Source: Lama glama (taxonomy: Eukaryota). From it: DNA of 64,000 nucleotides. A model generated the notes under the pieces. That model was not told the DNA's origin. It did not search any database and saw only the letters and a list, made by a program, of their open reading frames with translations. A program made the translations under genes and the position numbers. Positions within the stretch are counted from its first letter, which is position 1. Every line of letters starts with the position of its first letter. Shown here piece by piece: positions 1 through 12,339 of this stretch. The DNA lies in contig CM052818.1 of NCBI GenBank assembly GCA_028534125.1, forward strand, positions 9,178,001-9,242,000, written 5' to 3'.

Positions 1-251
1 GTATGAAAATTAGTTATATTTCTGGATCCCAGGAATATTAAAATATTTCCCAAAGTTTTGCCATTTTTTCTGCCTTAACTCTCTTTTTGTTTATGCTCCT
101 TCTCAGCTTAAATTAGAAAATTCTTTAAGTCATTTTTCACCAGATTTTATTGTGGAATCTTGAAAGCCTTTGGAAACTAAAACCAAGTCAACCAAAGGAA
201 TTTAAAAAATCACAGTTGTTTGGGAAACATTTATTGTAGAGTCAAACTGGG

Positions 252-312
252 ACATTGTGCTGTACAGTAGAAATTGACACATTGTAATTGACTATACTTC
301 AATTAAAAAAAA
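252..312 (+). mobile_element. Very short L1 3'-terminal fragment with A-tail
   Basis: tgctgtacagtagaaattgacacattgtaattgactatacttcaatt+A-run resembles the artiodactyl L1 3' end seen in reverse at 1030 and 9425. Confidence 0.7.
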
Positions 313-387
313 GCATTATACCTCTCAACATCCTCTGATCACTTTATCATAGTCAACATTATCATATCATCATCATTATTACATGAC

Positions 388-612
388 TATTAAGCTTATT
401 TATCAGCATTAACTATCTGCCAGGCACCAAACTATGTATTTTATACATTGTATCTTTCAATATCTCAGAATTGCCTTATGTGTTAGATTGAAAAACAGAG
501 GCACAGAGAAATTAAATAATTCACTCACAGTTACAAACTAGTGAACAGTGAAGTTAAAAATCAAGCACTGACCCATTTAACCCCAGAGTCATGCTCATAA
601 CTGGCTCACTAT
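388..612 (-). mobile_element. MIR SINE
   Basis: Reverse MIR core: tgccaggcac...gaaaaacagaggcacagagaaattaaataattc...ccagagtcatgctcataac. Confidence 0.8.
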
Positions 613-1029
613 ATTCACTCTTTCACTCAGTGACTGATGTTTGTGGAAGCAGATTTACCATGAACTAGTGAAGCTTAAGTTTCAGGCCCTCTCATCAGTA
701 CAAGCATCTTTCAAAGCCTTGGGAGTTGGGGGAGGGGTCCCTAATGTGTTCACATGGCCACAGATTTTTGTAAAATAAACAGTTAAGACTGCTGTCCCTT
801 CAGTCCAAGTCCTCCTCCATCCCGCATGGGTCTTTGGAGTGGCCATAGACACTCTGAGGATCACGCTGAATTGGGAATTGGGGGATACATTTAATTTGGG
901 TTTTATGTAGTATTTTATGTAGTTCACAATCACTTTTGTGTACAGTTAAGCATTTGCTATCTATATTGATATAGGAATGGCTTTTAGTGATTCTTTTTTT
1001 TAATTAACTGCAAAATTGTTTTTTATCTT

Positions 1030-1938
1030 TATTTTTTAATTGAAGTATAGTTGATTTACAATGTTGTATTAGTTTCTGGTAAACAGCATAGTGATTCAGT
1101 TATATATACATGTCTTCATTATAGGTTACTACAAGACATTGAATATAGTTCCCTGTGCTATATAATAGTACCTTATTGCTTATCTATTATGTATAAAGTA
1201 GTTTGTATCTGCTAATCTCAAACTCTTAATTTACCCCTCCCCCACATTTCCCCTTTGGTTACCATGAGTTTATTTTCTATGTCTGTGAATCTGTTTCTGT
1301 TTTGTAAATAAGTTCGTTTGTATCATTTTTTTAGATTCCACATATAAGTGATATCAAGCAATATTTGTCTTTCTGTCTGACTCATTTCACTTAGTGTGAC
1401 GATCTCCAGGTCCATCCATGTTGCTGCAAATGGCATTATTTTATTCTTTTTTATGGCTGAGTAGTATTCCATTATGTGTGTGTGTGTGTGTGTATGTATA
1501 TGTATGTATAAATATAAATATATACACACACATCACAATTTCTTTATCCATTCATCTGTCAATGGACATTTAGGTTGCTTCCACGTCTTGGCTATTGTAA
1601 ATAGTGCTGCTATGAACATTTGGGTGCATGTATCTTTTTGAATTAGAGTTTCCTCCAGATATATTCCCAGGAGTGGGATTGCTAGATCATATGGCAACTC
1701 TATTTTTAGTTATTTAAGGAACCTCCATACTGTTTTCCATAATGGCTGCACCAATTTACATTCCTACCAAGAGTGTAGGAGGGTTCCCTTTTCTTCACAC
1801 CCTCTCCAGCATTTATTGTTTGTGGACTTTTTAATGATGGCCTTTCTGACTAGTGTGAGGTGATACCTCATGGTAGTTTTGATTTGCAGTTCTCTGACAA
1901 TTAGCAGTATTGAGCATCTTTTCATGTGCCCGTTGGCT
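1030..1938 (-). mobile_element. L1 3' end (ORF2 C-terminus + 3'UTR), 5'-truncated
   Basis: T-run, then L1 3'UTR; ORF 1323-1529 contains MEYYSAIKKNKIMPFAATWMDLE, the L1 ORF2 C-terminus; internal (TG)n/(TA)n. Confidence 0.93.
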
Positions 1939-2804
1939 GACTGTGCTAACTCACCTGGTGTTGTGACAGTTAAACTAAAAGAGTTAAAAGATGGTAGGAG
2001 AAAAGAAGGAATTAGAGCAAATATTACATTTTTGACATTTTAAGTTCAATTTGTATAAGAATTCATAAATCTTAAAATTAAGCTCCTTACTGTTAGAATT
2101 AACCAAGCCATTAATTAAATCAGGTATAGTATAATCTTCAATACATTTTAGAGAGATTTTATTAAGTGGTTTATACAAATGATCATCATTTTTCTGGGTA
2201 ATGTGCTTTCATAAAGCAGCTCATTCCCCTGTGGTGCCTGATGAAGCATAATTTGATGAGAAAGAGCTCTGGCATATGATCACATGTGACGTGTGATAAA
2301 TTTATAACATTGGCCCTCCCAGCTTGAATTGTCAGATAAGCAGTGAGAGACCTACCTGGCACACACTTAATGAAGCATTTGTCGAGTGAATGAATCATTA
2401 AATTTATAGGGTTTATATATCATCAGATTTACATATCATTCTCTAGATCAAGACACACTGGTTCAGAGAGGCTGAGTGATTTACCTCCTACCACTCAATG
2501 GCAGAGTAAAACAAGGACTCAGGTTGCCTGACTTTCAATCATGTGCTCTCTAATAAGATTTCAGATTGTGGATATTTTCTAGAAGGCTTTAAATAAATCT
2601 CCACCATTTCCAGCAACTACAAGTACCTTTTTTTTATATCCTAGGACTGTTGTCCTTCTATGGAAAAGGATTCTTCCTTAGAAAATCCAGGAAACAAGGC
2701 AATGATTGTTTTAAATATGGCTTCATGTTATCTGATCTGATTCTGATAAACAAGATGCTGAAAGAATCTTGTGGGAATGAGGGGATGGTGAGCCTCTTTT
2801 AGAT

Positions 2805-3020
2805 CAAGGGTTTTCAAACTGCAAGTCTTGACCCATTAGTGGTTAGTGAAATCAATTTAGTGGCTGAATTTTTTTAATAGACTGAAGAAGAAAATATGAC
2901 ATTCTGTTGCCACGTGATAAGGAAATAGTATTGTTTAGGGAAAACCTTGTATTATGCACCTTGTCACAATATAAAATACATTTTTTTTTTACTGTAGATC
3001 ATTATCAAAAAAAAATTCTT
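2805..3020. mobile_element. hAT-Charlie-type DNA transposon relic
   Basis: caaggggttttcaaactgcaagtcttgacccattagtggttagtgaaatcaatttagtgg resembles a Charlie/MER terminus. Confidence 0.55.
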
Positions 3021-3872
3021 TAACTAAATTTGGTGACCAAGAGTCTAAAACTGAGTAAGAATGTAACATTCAGCATAATATGTATTTAGGAGGAATAAGC
3101 CCTGAAAGTGGGGGAGGTAAATGTAATTGTTTTAGGTTGAGGGGACAAGGAGGTAGGAGGACCACACAGTTGGACCAGCTACGAAATCATGCACAGAGGA
3201 GGGAAAGCCCAGAGCCTGTGTGGTGAGGCCAGAGGTCGGGTCCTGGCAGTCTCTACAGAATGGGTTGGCGATCCAGGACCCTGGGAAGCCTTTCAGTGGG
3301 TGGAGATTCAGCCTGAGTTTGAACCTGTGTTGGAATCTGATATGGACAGGCTTGCAAGAGGCCAAGTTGAGGCAGAGATATCACTGGGCTTAGGGGGAGA
3401 TCAAGATTGCTGATTTTGAAGTTGGTTGAGATCCAGGTACAGGTGTAGTTGGTTTATTTAGTGCTGCATTTTGAAGGAGCAGCATGACGGGATATGTCTA
3501 GAGTTCATTGGGAGTGAGTATAAAAACACTGGGGAAACTGGAACTGGGCACCTAATGAGTTGTGGGAGACCCTACAGGCAATGGGGTGGGGTAGGCGAGG
3601 ACGATAGAATGGGGTTAAGAAGTCATAGCTTTTACCTGTTTTTCTTCAGACTGCCTAGTACATAAACAGTTACATATTTACAATACTGCAGTGCTATACC
3701 GATTAATATCTAAGTAGACTCATGGGTATAAAAGTGTTACACCCACTTTTTCATTAGCATTTTCCTAGTAAATCTTTTTCTATTCCTTTTATTTCTAACT
3801 TTCACATGTTGTTTTAAGTGTGTCTCTTATAAATAGAAGATAGTTATTTTTGTTTAATTAAAAATTTATCAG

Positions 3873-4069
3873 GCCCTTTGCACTCTCTCTTCCCTTTGGA
3901 GACGGCCCACATTCTGTCTATGGAGTGTGTACCTACTTTACTTTAACCTGAGCACCCAATTCCCACACTTCTTTCCTTGCCTTTCTCTTGTCTTGCCTTT
4001 TCTCTTGCCTTACCCTCTATGCAGTATGTATCTCTCTAAATAAATCTACCTTTACTCAAAAAAAAAAAA
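3873..4069 (+). mobile_element. LTR-like fragment ending in AATAAA + poly(A); probable retrocopy inside an old L1 remnant
   Basis: AATAAA at 4039-4044, A12 at 4058-4069, similar flanks aaaatttatcag / aaaaatcag; body resembles an LTR R region. Confidence 0.55.
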
Positions 4070-4706
4070 TCAGAATGAAAACAGTGTTTTGATTAAGAAG
4101 ATAAGTAACTGTCAAGATTCAAATATCTTAAAGAAGCAATTATAAGAAATACTAAAAAATATTAATTATATAACTAGATGGGTTAAAAGAAGTAGTTCAC
4201 CAAGTAGTTTGAAAATCACTCAGTAATTCTAAATCTGTAAAATTGTAATTACTTTAGAATAAGTGACCAGAAGAAGAGGAGGGGTGGGAGCAAGTAATAC
4301 TGTCAGATCATACTGAACCAATTCCAGATTACTGGGGATTTGCCGTCCAACTATAACTGAAAGAAAAAAATGATTTAAAAAAAAGTGATCAATCTATTTT
4401 AAAAACCATTTGAGGCCTTGGAAAAGAGTCTGAATCTAACTTGAAATTTTTATATAAGAAAAAATCTCTAATAAATCTACATCTCAATGAGGTTTTTGTC
4501 TTCTGGTTATAAGGGGGGAAATAACTTCAATTTTTAAATTCCTGGGGAAAAAATCTTGAATTACATTTATCAAGTTCGTATAAAAATAGAATATGATGGC
4601 TCCACTCAAGAATGCAAAGAGTTGAGTGTAGTTTTATTGTTATTGTCTTTGTTTGCTTTATCCAGTAGCAGGATAGGTTTTGGTCGAAATGTTCCTGCTC
4701 TCTTAC

Positions 4707-4740
4707 CTGATCCAATTTGTCACATCATGAAAAAGGCTGG
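4707..4740 (-). other. Candidate exon of the minus-strand gene (34-nt cassette, or the 3' end of a longer alternative first exon extending to ~4880)
   Basis: Minus strand: ttgactttcctggttctgatctttAG|ccagcc...ggatcag|GTAAGA; repeat-free context. Confidence 0.5.
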
Positions 4741-4938
4741 CTAAAGATCAGAACCAGGAAAGTCAACCAGCCCACACTGGCATCAAACTTGTGAGACGAT
4801 AAGCATCAGGTGACTCTGAGTGGACCCATACAATGGCTGTGAATTGCATTGTGCCCACTGCCATTATTCAGGCAGCTGCATTTTCTATGCTGATTATCTT
4901 TGCATAGGAAACTTTTTTTTCTGTTTCTTTGTTCTCAG

Positions 4939-5062
4939 AGAGTTAAGATTGGATGGTTAGTGTGGGAAACAGTGACCAACCCAATGGGACCAACAGATAC
5001 CAAATTCATTTTTACAGCCAACCTAAGCCAAAATTTAAAACTCAAAACAATCATGTTCCCAG
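4939..5062 (+). ncRNA. Candidate plus-strand (antisense) exon, 124 nt
   Basis: Acceptor ttttttttctgtttctttgttctcAG at 4938; donor CAG|GTAAGA at 5062/5063; no recognisable protein. Confidence 0.35.
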
Positions 5063-5429
5063 GTAAGACAGAAATACCTTGTGGACCATAGTGAGCTGAC
5101 TTCAACAATAGCATTTAATAATATATCAAAGATCCCCTACATTAGCCATGATTAATTAGTATTAGGCAGTAATTATACCAATGATGTAGAAACACTAAGA
5201 TATTATCAGAAGTAGTAGTTAGATCAGAAAGGATTTAAGAGATAACTATCAGAAATCATGTCATCAAACTTATTGGAAAAATAATCATTGTTGAAGCTGA
5301 GTGATGTTGGAGGTTCTATTTTCTCTACTTTTGTATATCTTTGAAATCTTCCATTAAATAAGTGATAAGAAAATAAATAAAAGTGTAGGAACAAATAAAA
5401 GTGGTAAGAAAACAAAAGTGACTTTTAAA

Positions 5430-5492
5430 ATATTTATTTATTATTTATTTATTTATTTATTTATTTTCTTGGGGGAGGTAATTAGGTTGGTT

Positions 5493-5544
<52 letters not shown>

Positions 5545-5614
5545 TTTTATTGATGGAGTTACTGGAGATTGAACCCATACTAGGTATGCACACTACCACT
5601 GAGCTATACCCTCC
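5430..5614 (-). mobile_element. Camelid Vic-1-like tRNA-Ala-derived SINE with (TTTC)n/(TTTA)n tail
   Basis: Reverse complement begins ggagggtatagctcagtggtag...gggttcaatctccagtaactcca, followed by an A-rich tail. Confidence 0.85.
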
Positions 5615-6057
5615 TCTAAACCTAAATGACTTTTTAAAACTTCTCTAGAAGTAAAATTAAGTTTTAAGTGACAGTTATGGAATAAGTGAATGTTACAATG
5701 AGTATAACTAGACTTTACCACCAAACTGAATTCATATTCATTAAAAATTTTACATTGATTTTTGTGTGTATGGATGTGTGGGCTTCAGTGCTTGTAATAT
5801 ATGTGGTAAGTCAGAGTAAAATGTTTTGTAAGCAATATAAATGTCAGGTATTCTTATTCATTCTCAAAAATTACCAGTAGACAATGTCACTGAAGCTGAT
5901 AGAGGGCAGCATGGTCTTGTGATTTTAGCAACAGATCCTGAGAAATGTACTGTGACCCCAGTGTTGCTTACTAAAGAAGCAGACCAATTCAATCATTATT
6001 TAAGAGACATTCATTAAGGGTTCAACACTGTACTAGAACATGTGACATTAACAATTA

Positions 6058-6302
6058 TGGCATAATGGTAGGTTTGGAGTCACACGTGGGCTAGAATCCT
6101 GGCTTGGCATTTATAGCCATGTGATCTTGGGTAAATTAACCTAAACTTACTGGACCAGTCTCAGCTTCCTCTTTTGTAAATGGGAGTAATAATAGCTAAC
6201 TTAGAGGGATGTTCTAAGGGTAAAATGAGATGCAGCTCATTATATATTTAGAACCGTGTCTGGCATGTAGCATGTGCAACAAATGGTAGTTGTTATTATT
6301 AC
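6058..6302 (+). mobile_element. MIR SINE, near full length
   Basis: tgtgatcttgggtaaattaacc...tgtaaatgggagtaataatagc...tctggcatgtag...ttattatt. Confidence 0.85.
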
Positions 6303-7664
6303 TGTCTGCCCCATTGAGTATGATATATTCTCTCCATAGTGATAAGTAGAATGTAGAAATAGTCGTAGTGGTAAGTAGAATATAGAAATGAAAACATTCT
6401 GTTGCACTAGGCATTCTAAGATAGACACGTATGCAGAATAGCCTAGCTCTTGACATGGGCATCATTACTCAGATGCAATTTCCTTGAGTCAGTCTATCAG
6501 ACTCCTTCATTTTTGGGGATCCAACATGTAGGTTCCTGCAGCCTCCTATGGCTGGCATTTTGGGGAATCAGCCAACAATGAAGCAGCCTGCTGAAACCTA
6601 TTTCACTCTCTAAATTTGCATCCAGTATCTTAACAGCTGGACTTTTCTTCCAAGTGATCTTATTTTCAATTGATCTAACTCCAGATCTGCCTTTTACCCA
6701 GAGCATCTAAAGTCAGATGCCACCACTCCCATCTTATGTCTCAGATCAGACCGCCCTCTGGATGCCATTGCCTGGGTGGAGTTTAGCCACTCTCCTTGGG
6801 CCTTGATGTTAAGACTTCTATACATCTCCCCAGTTAAGAGAGGGTCCACCTTTTTTAACAATTGCTTTCCCACTGCTACCTTCTCCCTGGTTCTATTTTC
6901 CACCCACCCCAACTCCTGCATGCTGTGTGACACGCATAAGTATCTAGCGTGTATAAGATATTCACTAAATATTTGTTGAGTAAATGTTGTTTATGTAAAT
7001 GATGGGAATGGAAGGATATTCAGCTGGAATGGGTGTGGGTAGGTCTATAAGTCATTGTATATTAATACTGAACGTCAGGTCTTATGTTGATGTCTTTCTA
7101 ATCATTCTGATTGAAGCTCATTCTCTAACATATTTCTCAGGAAAGGAACATGAGAACAACATTCTCTGATAGCACGTTGTTTGTGTCCTCAGGTATACTT
7201 GAATCAGTTTTGCTCTAAAACAGGTATTTCAAACTTGAACGTCTCAAACTTCTCAAAACTGTGGTCATTCCCTTCTATCCTTTCATTGGCAGTAGCTAAT
7301 CTCACCTCCTACATTATAGAAGCCCCATTTCTTAATATAAAATGTATAAGCCTACTTTCCTCCTTCCTGTCGTTACTACAGAGAGCATATCTTTATTGCT
7401 CTTTAATGTTAATCCCTCTTCTCATTTAGAGCCCATTCCCTCCCTCTTTCTAGGAAATATTACACTGTCAATTATCTGTTTTTGTTCTTGTATATTTAAA
7501 CTCTCTCTCTCTCGATTAGACCCTTCTCATCAAGTTTTAAATACATTCCAGTCATTCCCGTTTTTTAAAAAAAGTCACTCAATCCCACGTGTCCCTCTAA
7601 CTATCATCTTATTATCTCCTTCCCTTTATGGACACAAATTTTGAATGTGTGATTTGTAAGTGCT

Positions 7665-8150
7665 GTGTAGCTGCAGTGGTTGCCTTATCAATATCCATCT
7701 TCTTCCCACAGAAGCTGATTCTGTTAGAGTAGCAATGGGTCAAGCGAAAGAGCTACATTTCACAGCCTCCCTTGCAGCTAGGAGTGGCCATATGACACAG
7801 TTCTGACCAATGATGTATAAGCTGAAATCAACTGGGAATTTATAGAAAATGTTTGCTTTCCTGGTATAGGCACCTAACCTTTCCCCTTGATGTTTCTTTC
7901 CTCTTTCTGTCTAGCACTGGCTTGAGAGTGAGCAGCCATCTTGCGTTCACGATTGAAAAAAAAAAAAAAAAGCCACATACTGAGGATGACAGAGCAGAAA
8001 GAAGGATTCTAGGACATTGATGATATCATGGAGCCACTGTACCAGCCTGAACTGTCACCCTCTGTCATTCTTGTTATGTGGGAAAAAAAAGAAAAAAAAC
8101 CCTATTTAGGTAAGCTGCTGTCATCAGGTTCCATTACATGTGACCAGTGC
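7665..8150 (+). mobile_element. MaLR LTR (MLT1 family) inserted in L2
   Basis: ctacatttcacagcctcccttgcagctaggagtggccatatgacacagttctgaccaatg is a typical MLT1 segment. Confidence 0.8.
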
Positions 8151-9020
8151 AGTTCCTCATCTATACTCTTGCTCCCTACGTTTCCCTGCCTTTGACTCAC
8201 TCTCAAACCATTCCATTCTGGCTTCTGGCCCATCATTCCACTGGACTCACTAAAATCATGCATGTTGTGAAATCCAGGGGACATTTTCAATTCTCGTATT
8301 ACTTAACCTCTCAGCAGCATTTGACTCTCTTGACCATGGCCTCCTTTTTGAAACACTCTTCCATGGCTTCCATGACTAGTACTCTTTGGATTTTCTCCTT
8401 CCCCTCCAGCTGCTCCCTCTTTGTCTCCTTCATGGGTTAATCTTCATCTTCTTGCCAAATTTACCATCTTTTAGCCTCTTCAACACACCATGGCGTCAGC
8501 AACATGCTTTTCCTTCTTTCTGGAATGCCATCTCCTCCCTCCTTTTGCCAGCTAACTCTTCCTCATCCTTCAGTTCTCCATCCATTCTTTACTTCCTCAG
8601 AGAAGCCTCCCTTGACCACCTTGTGAGGTCAGACTTCCTTATTGTATATTCCTTTACAGCTCTTACACAGTTACAACTTTACCTTCTTTAGTGTGACTCT
8701 GAGTAAGTTGTCTCTCCCCTCAGAATGTAGACTCCATGAAGACAGGAACCAGTCTATTTTTGCTCATCATTGTTTCTCCAGAACACAGACTATTTTCCAA
8801 CACATAATATGTGCTCAGGAATAGTCCTTGGAATAAATGGATGAATGTGTAATTACTTAGTGATATTTTATTGTCTGTCTTCTTCCAGCTCCATGAGAGA
8901 AGGAAAGGAATTATATCTGTTTTGTTCATGACTATATTTGTAGTACCTAACACATACTGCATGGAACATAGAAGGAAACACAATAAATTAATTTTTAATG
9001 AATAAAAGAGTGAATGAATG
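8150..9020 (+). mobile_element. L2 LINE fragments (RT remnant and two 3' ends)
   Basis: acctctcagcagcatttgac (L2 ORF2), agaatgtagactccatgaagacagg and gaatgaatga (L2 3' ends). Confidence 0.8.
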
Positions 9021-9424
9021 AGCAGGCTTCCAAGAGAAACATTCCAGTATTCTACTAGTACCATGTCAATGTTTGGGTGTTGGTTTTTGTTTTTTTTTTT
9101 TTTTTTTACTATCTTTTGATAAAGTTTCTGGTTAAAATAGAGCACCAGATATCTTTATTGTCTCTAGAGAAGAGTCTTTTGGAAAATATTATCTACTAGC
9201 TTGTTCTCCTTACAATATAGCATGTCTAGAATAGGCTGTCTATAAAGATCTTGAATCTATACACTCCTCCCCTCTTCATTGCCATCGCTCTCATCAAACT
9301 CACTATCATAATTCCCCTAGACTAAGCTGGACCACACACTTTTCCCTAAGATGATTTATTAAACAGTATATAGACTTGGATACTCCAGAATTTTTATTGT
9401 CTCTCGGAGCCAAGGATAATAGAT

Positions 9425-9928
9425 CTGTTTTTTTTAATTGAAGTACAGTCAGTTTACAATGTTGTGTTAATTTATGGTGTACAGCATAGTGATTCAGTAT
9501 AGTGAATACATATATATGTATATATAGTGATAAATATAAAAATTCTTTTTCATTATAGGTTATTACAAGGTACAGAATATAGTTCCCTGTTTTTTTATCT
9601 ATTTTACATATAGTAGTTTGTATCTGTAAATCCCAAACTCCCAATTTATCGCTTCTCACCCTCTTTGCCCCCTGGTAACCATAAGTTTGTTCTCTATGTC
9701 TGTGAGTCTGGTTCTATTTTGTAAATAATTCATTTGTCTCATTTTTTTTTTAGACTCCACATATAAGTGATATCATATAGTATTTTTCTTTCTCTTTCTG
9801 GCTTATTTCGCTTAGTATGACAATCTCCAGGTTCATGCATGTTGCTGCAAATGGCATTACTTTATTCTTTTTCATGCCTGAGTAGTATACCATTATATAT
9901 ATGTATATATCACAACTTCTTTATCCAG
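9425..9928 (-). mobile_element. L1 3' end, 5'-truncated
   Basis: T-run + aattgaagtacagtcagtttacaatgttgtg...gttgctgcaaatggcatt; homologous to 1030-1550. Confidence 0.9.
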
Positions 9929-10589
9929 AATATGTGATATTCTTAATCATATATATCTGTTTATGTTATTGCCAAAGAAAGGCAGGCATGTATAATATTT
10001 TTACTATATAAAATAGTATAAGTAATTTTTTATTTTGTTGTTGCAGAGGATTATTTCTCTTCTTCATGCTACAAAGTATTTCCTTTACTTAAGGAAAAGA
10101 AGTATTTTTAAACTAGCAACAAATCTTTGTTTTCAAATGACCAAACTGAAAACATTCATTTGAAAAAAAAAAACCAGCCAAAGACCTTTTAAGTCCCTAC
10201 CTCCCACCCTAGCCCCATGAATTTTTAGCCTTTGAGGCACCTGAGATGTTCAAGGAGGTTGACAAGAAGAGTCAGTTATGCAGTTGTGACAGCCCTGAGA
10301 ATACTCTGGCCTTGTAGTCTGCATATCTGGATACTGCCCTTCCTCGAAGGCCAAACTCCTGTCTTTCTTCCTCAGCAAAGCTTCCCTTCACCCACTCATA
10401 GCTGTGTATCTCAGCTTATTATGCATGTCTAATAAACATATGTATGTAATGTGTCCCTTCTCTCCAATTAGCCTGGGAAGGATGGAACATATCTTACACA
10501 TTGTTGTATCCTCGAAACCTAGTACAAAAATCTTGTAGCTGTAATGTTTTGCTGATTATTCTTATTCTTATTCTTATTCTTTTTATTAC

Positions 10590-10775
10590 TAATAAGATCA
10601 ACCAAGCACTTTCTATTGTGCCAGGCACTGTATTATGCTCAGTAGGTAGTATTATTGTTCCATTTTAAGTAATGAGCATTTAAGTAACTTGCACAAGTCT
10701 CATAACTAGTGAGCAGTGGACCCAGAACACAAATCCAGCTAATTAGATTCCAGAGCTGGTGCTTTTTAACCACTA
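10590..10775 (-). mobile_element. MIR SINE
   Basis: gtgccaggcactgt...taagtaacttgcacaagtctcataactagtgagcagtgg...ttccagagc. Confidence 0.75.
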
Positions 10776-12339
10776 GGATAACTTGCCCTTCATAAATATT
10801 CATAGGTCCCAAAGTCCAACCAGGCTGCATTTGCTCCTGACTAATGTTAAGAGGGTATCAGGTGACCAGTTTTGCTCATAACTAGTCAGGGGCCTTTCAT
10901 ATTGTTTTCAAATGAAGTTGTAAGTCTGCAAATAATTAGGAAAGAAACCATTTTTAAAACAGCAGGAAGAGGTGATGTGTGGAAGTCTACTTTAACATTT
11001 TGATGTGTGTTTAAACACACAGCTCAAGGCTATAAAAAGCCACTACACTAAGATTGCAGAGCATTAAAAATCAAATTGCCTTATTAATTTTTTAGAGAAC
11101 TGTAAATGACTTTCTATCATCTCTGGGGAAATCTTTCCCTGAAACTGCAAGTCTCTTGATGATCAGGATGAGTAAGTTGGCCTCCTTCCTTTTTGTTTCT
11201 CCATTCTCTGCCCCAGAGGGTCCAAAGGAAACCATCTCATATTAAGATTCAGGCTTTATTTGTTGAAGTTTCTGGCTAGTTAAACTGGAAGCAAGGAAAC
11301 CCATTCACGTTGGCATGACAGTAGAAAGCATTTAGCCGTACTGCAGCTTAACAATGGAAGATTAGCCAAGGTTATTATTAAGTTTTAGTCTCTTCATTTA
11401 ACTAATAAGATTGATTAATACCTTTCCTGTCAAGAAAAAAAAAAGCTTTACAAAGTTTTGACTATTGATATTTTAGCCAGCTTACCCTTTTGTGTTTTGA
11501 GTGAAAGGCACTATATCGTGGACCACTGAGTTTCCTCAAAAGCTCCAGAGAAACAAACAGATGGGGAAAAGTCCAGGGTAAGATAGCCCTGAGACTTGAA
11601 CCTGCAGCAAAATGGAGTTTCTCCAAATTAGGCATCAGGAGAAGCAGCAGATAAAAGCAACTGGCAACTGAAGGTATCCTTGTTATTCTCTGGGCTAGAG
11701 TCATGCTGGCAGAAGGTTTAACTAACTAAATTTACTTGCAAGTTCTCCGAAGGGAGTGATCATATTGCACCAGAGTCACTTTTCATAACACACTATTCTG
11801 CAAACAAGTTCCTAGGACCTTGTAAAATATTTGACTTCTAAACCTCAATATAAGTATTAAAATATTAGCATGTCTATTATGTGTCTCAGCTATAAAAAAA
11901 ATGAGTTTAACTATCCACTGAAAATGGAAATTCCAATTATATTTATGACTTCTTAGAGCATACAATCTTTATTTTGAAAGACTTAAAGCCTCCAGGAGGT
12001 ATTTATCCAAAATTAGCATCCAGTAACAACACCTTGGGATATCCCTGTTTTGGCAGCACCTGAAGCCAGATCTGGTTACAGTTATTAAATTTAATGCTGG
12101 AGCTGCTGACCTCAGGAAGACAGGCGTCCTCTCCAACAGCGGGTCCCTATTCTGGTCAATAAGAAATGTGCCCTATTAAATTGTCTTTAGCCTGGTCTGT
12201 TTGCTCAGGTATCTGGCCAGCATAGTAGCCCTGTCACAGAGACTTAATGGAGTTTTTATTTCTTCCCCAAATAAGTTGCTCTAAAATTAATAGAGCATTA
12301 CATTTTCTAAAAAATGTTCAGTGGCTAAATACACAATGG

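Noticed and set aside
8147..8691. 97-101-aa plus-strand ORFs
   Set aside because: Lie in a degraded L2; not a host gene.
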